From positions 896,001 to 960,000 of the forward strand of contig CBDCNP010000002.1 in NCBI GenBank assembly GCA_965219415.1: a stretch of DNA of 64,000 nucleotides. The letters are read 5' to 3'. Below, in pieces: positions 63,085-64,000 of this stretch (positions are counted from its first letter, which is position 1; each line of letters starts with the position of its first letter). The notes beneath the pieces were generated by a model. It searched no databases and was not told the DNA's origin. It saw only the letters and a list, made by a program, of their open reading frames with translations. Made by a program: the position numbers and the translations under genes. This stretch comes from Candidatus Marinacidobacterales bacterium. GTDB lineage: Bacteria; Acidobacteriota; Vicinamibacteria; Marinacidobacterales; DATDRI01.

Positions 63085-64000
63085 ATGAAGCCCGGAGAAA
63101 CGGTTGCGCAATACCGCATCATCGAGCGTCTCGGTGCGGGCGGTATGGGTGAGGTCTACAAGGCCCTCGACACCAAGTTGAACCGCCCGGTGGCGCTCAA
63201 AACCCTGCGCAAGGAGTTCGTTTCCAACCCTGACCGCCGCCGCCGTTTCGTTCAGGAAGCTCACGCGGCCTCGGCGCTCGATCACCCCAACATCGTGACC
63301 ATCCACGACATCGCCGAGGTAGATGGGCTGCACTTCATCGTGATGCAGTACGTCGACGGGGAGTCATTGGGCGAGCTGATTCGTAACCAACGCCTAGACC
63401 TGGACAAAGCACTCGACTATGCCGTTCAGATGGCGGAAGGATTGGAGCGAGCGCACCGGGACGGGATCATTCACCGAGATCTAAAGCCGGACAACGTCAT
63501 GGTGAGCGACGAGGGTCGGGCGAAGCTCGTCGATTTTGGCTTGGCGAAGCTCATCGAGGCCCCGGAGCTAAGTGAGGAGCCGAGTCGGAAGCGAACTTCC
63601 GAAGCGTCGACCGTTACCAAAGGGAAGCCGTTGACCCAGGAGGGCGAGATCCTAGGGACCGGAGCCTACATGTCTCCCGAGCAGGCACGGGGACAGAAGG
63701 TCGACGCGCGGAGTGACATCTTCTCCTTCGGAAGCGTGCTGTACGAGATGGTGACGGGTCAACAAGCGTTTTCGGGAGAGAACATCGTCTCGGTGTTGGC
63801 TTCCATCCTGAAAGACGAGCCAAAGCGGGTGAGCCAGTTGGTATCGACGGTGCCGGCGGATCTGGAAGCGGTAATAGAAAAGGCGCTCCGTAAAGACCGG
63901 GAGAAGCGTTTTCAGTCCGTGACAGAGTTTCGCGCGGCGCTCGTGCAAGTCAAGGAGGAAAGAGCCCGAAACAAGCAGAAACCAGCGCATTCCCAGATCG
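63085..64000 (+). CDS. Ser/Thr protein kinase (runs off the window)
   Basis: Own translation from ATG 63085: MKPGETVAQYRIIERLGAGGMGEVY, VALK, HRDLKPDN, DFGLAK, YMSPEQ, SDIFSFG. Confidence 0.93.
   Translation, partial: MKPGETVAQYRIIERLGAGGMGEVYKALDTKLNRPVALKTLRKEFVSNPDRRRRFVQEAHAASALDHPNIVTIHDIAEVDGLHFIVMQYVDGESLGELIRNQRLDLDKALDYAVQMAEGLERAHRDGIIHRDLKPDNVMVSDEGRAKLVDFGLAKLIEAPELSEEPSRKRTSEASTVTKGKPLTQEGEILGTGAYMSPEQARGQKVDARSDIFSFGSVLYEMVTGQQAFSGENIVSVLASILKDEPKRVSQLVSTVPADLEAVIEKALRKDREKRFQSVTEFRAALVQVKEERARNKQKPAHSQI

Overview
GC-rich bacterial window. The paralogous Ser/Thr kinases, many secreted peptidases/hydrolases and bacterial-type Tes homolog suggest an Acidobacteriota-like genome (inference). 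About 40 genes, many split by single-base frameshifts (probably partly long-read indel errors). Highlights: (1) an intact radical SAM protein of the tetraether lipid synthase (Tes/GDGT-MAS) family near an unusual 2Fe-2S protein; (2) an intact molybdopterin oxidoreductase-cysteine desulfurase fusion; (3) a SigH/SigR-like ECF sigma/zinc anti-sigma pair with three matching GGAA(C/T)-N17/18-GTT promoters nearby; (4) an ORF-less group IIC intron remnant directly behind a terminator; (5) a ~6.2 kb signal-peptide-bearing SpvB/FG-GAP/Rhs protein with a divergent HNH-like tip and no downstream immunity gene; (6) a HigBA pair with operator; (7) an RND efflux operon whose TolC carries an extra N-terminal binding-protein-like domain; (8) an ISL3 element whose right end plus 8-bp target duplication lies inverted inside a neighbouring kinase gene; (9) several short, synonymously diverged copies of nearby intact genes. 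No rRNA, tRNA or CRISPR array seen. All family calls come from motif recognition, not database searches.
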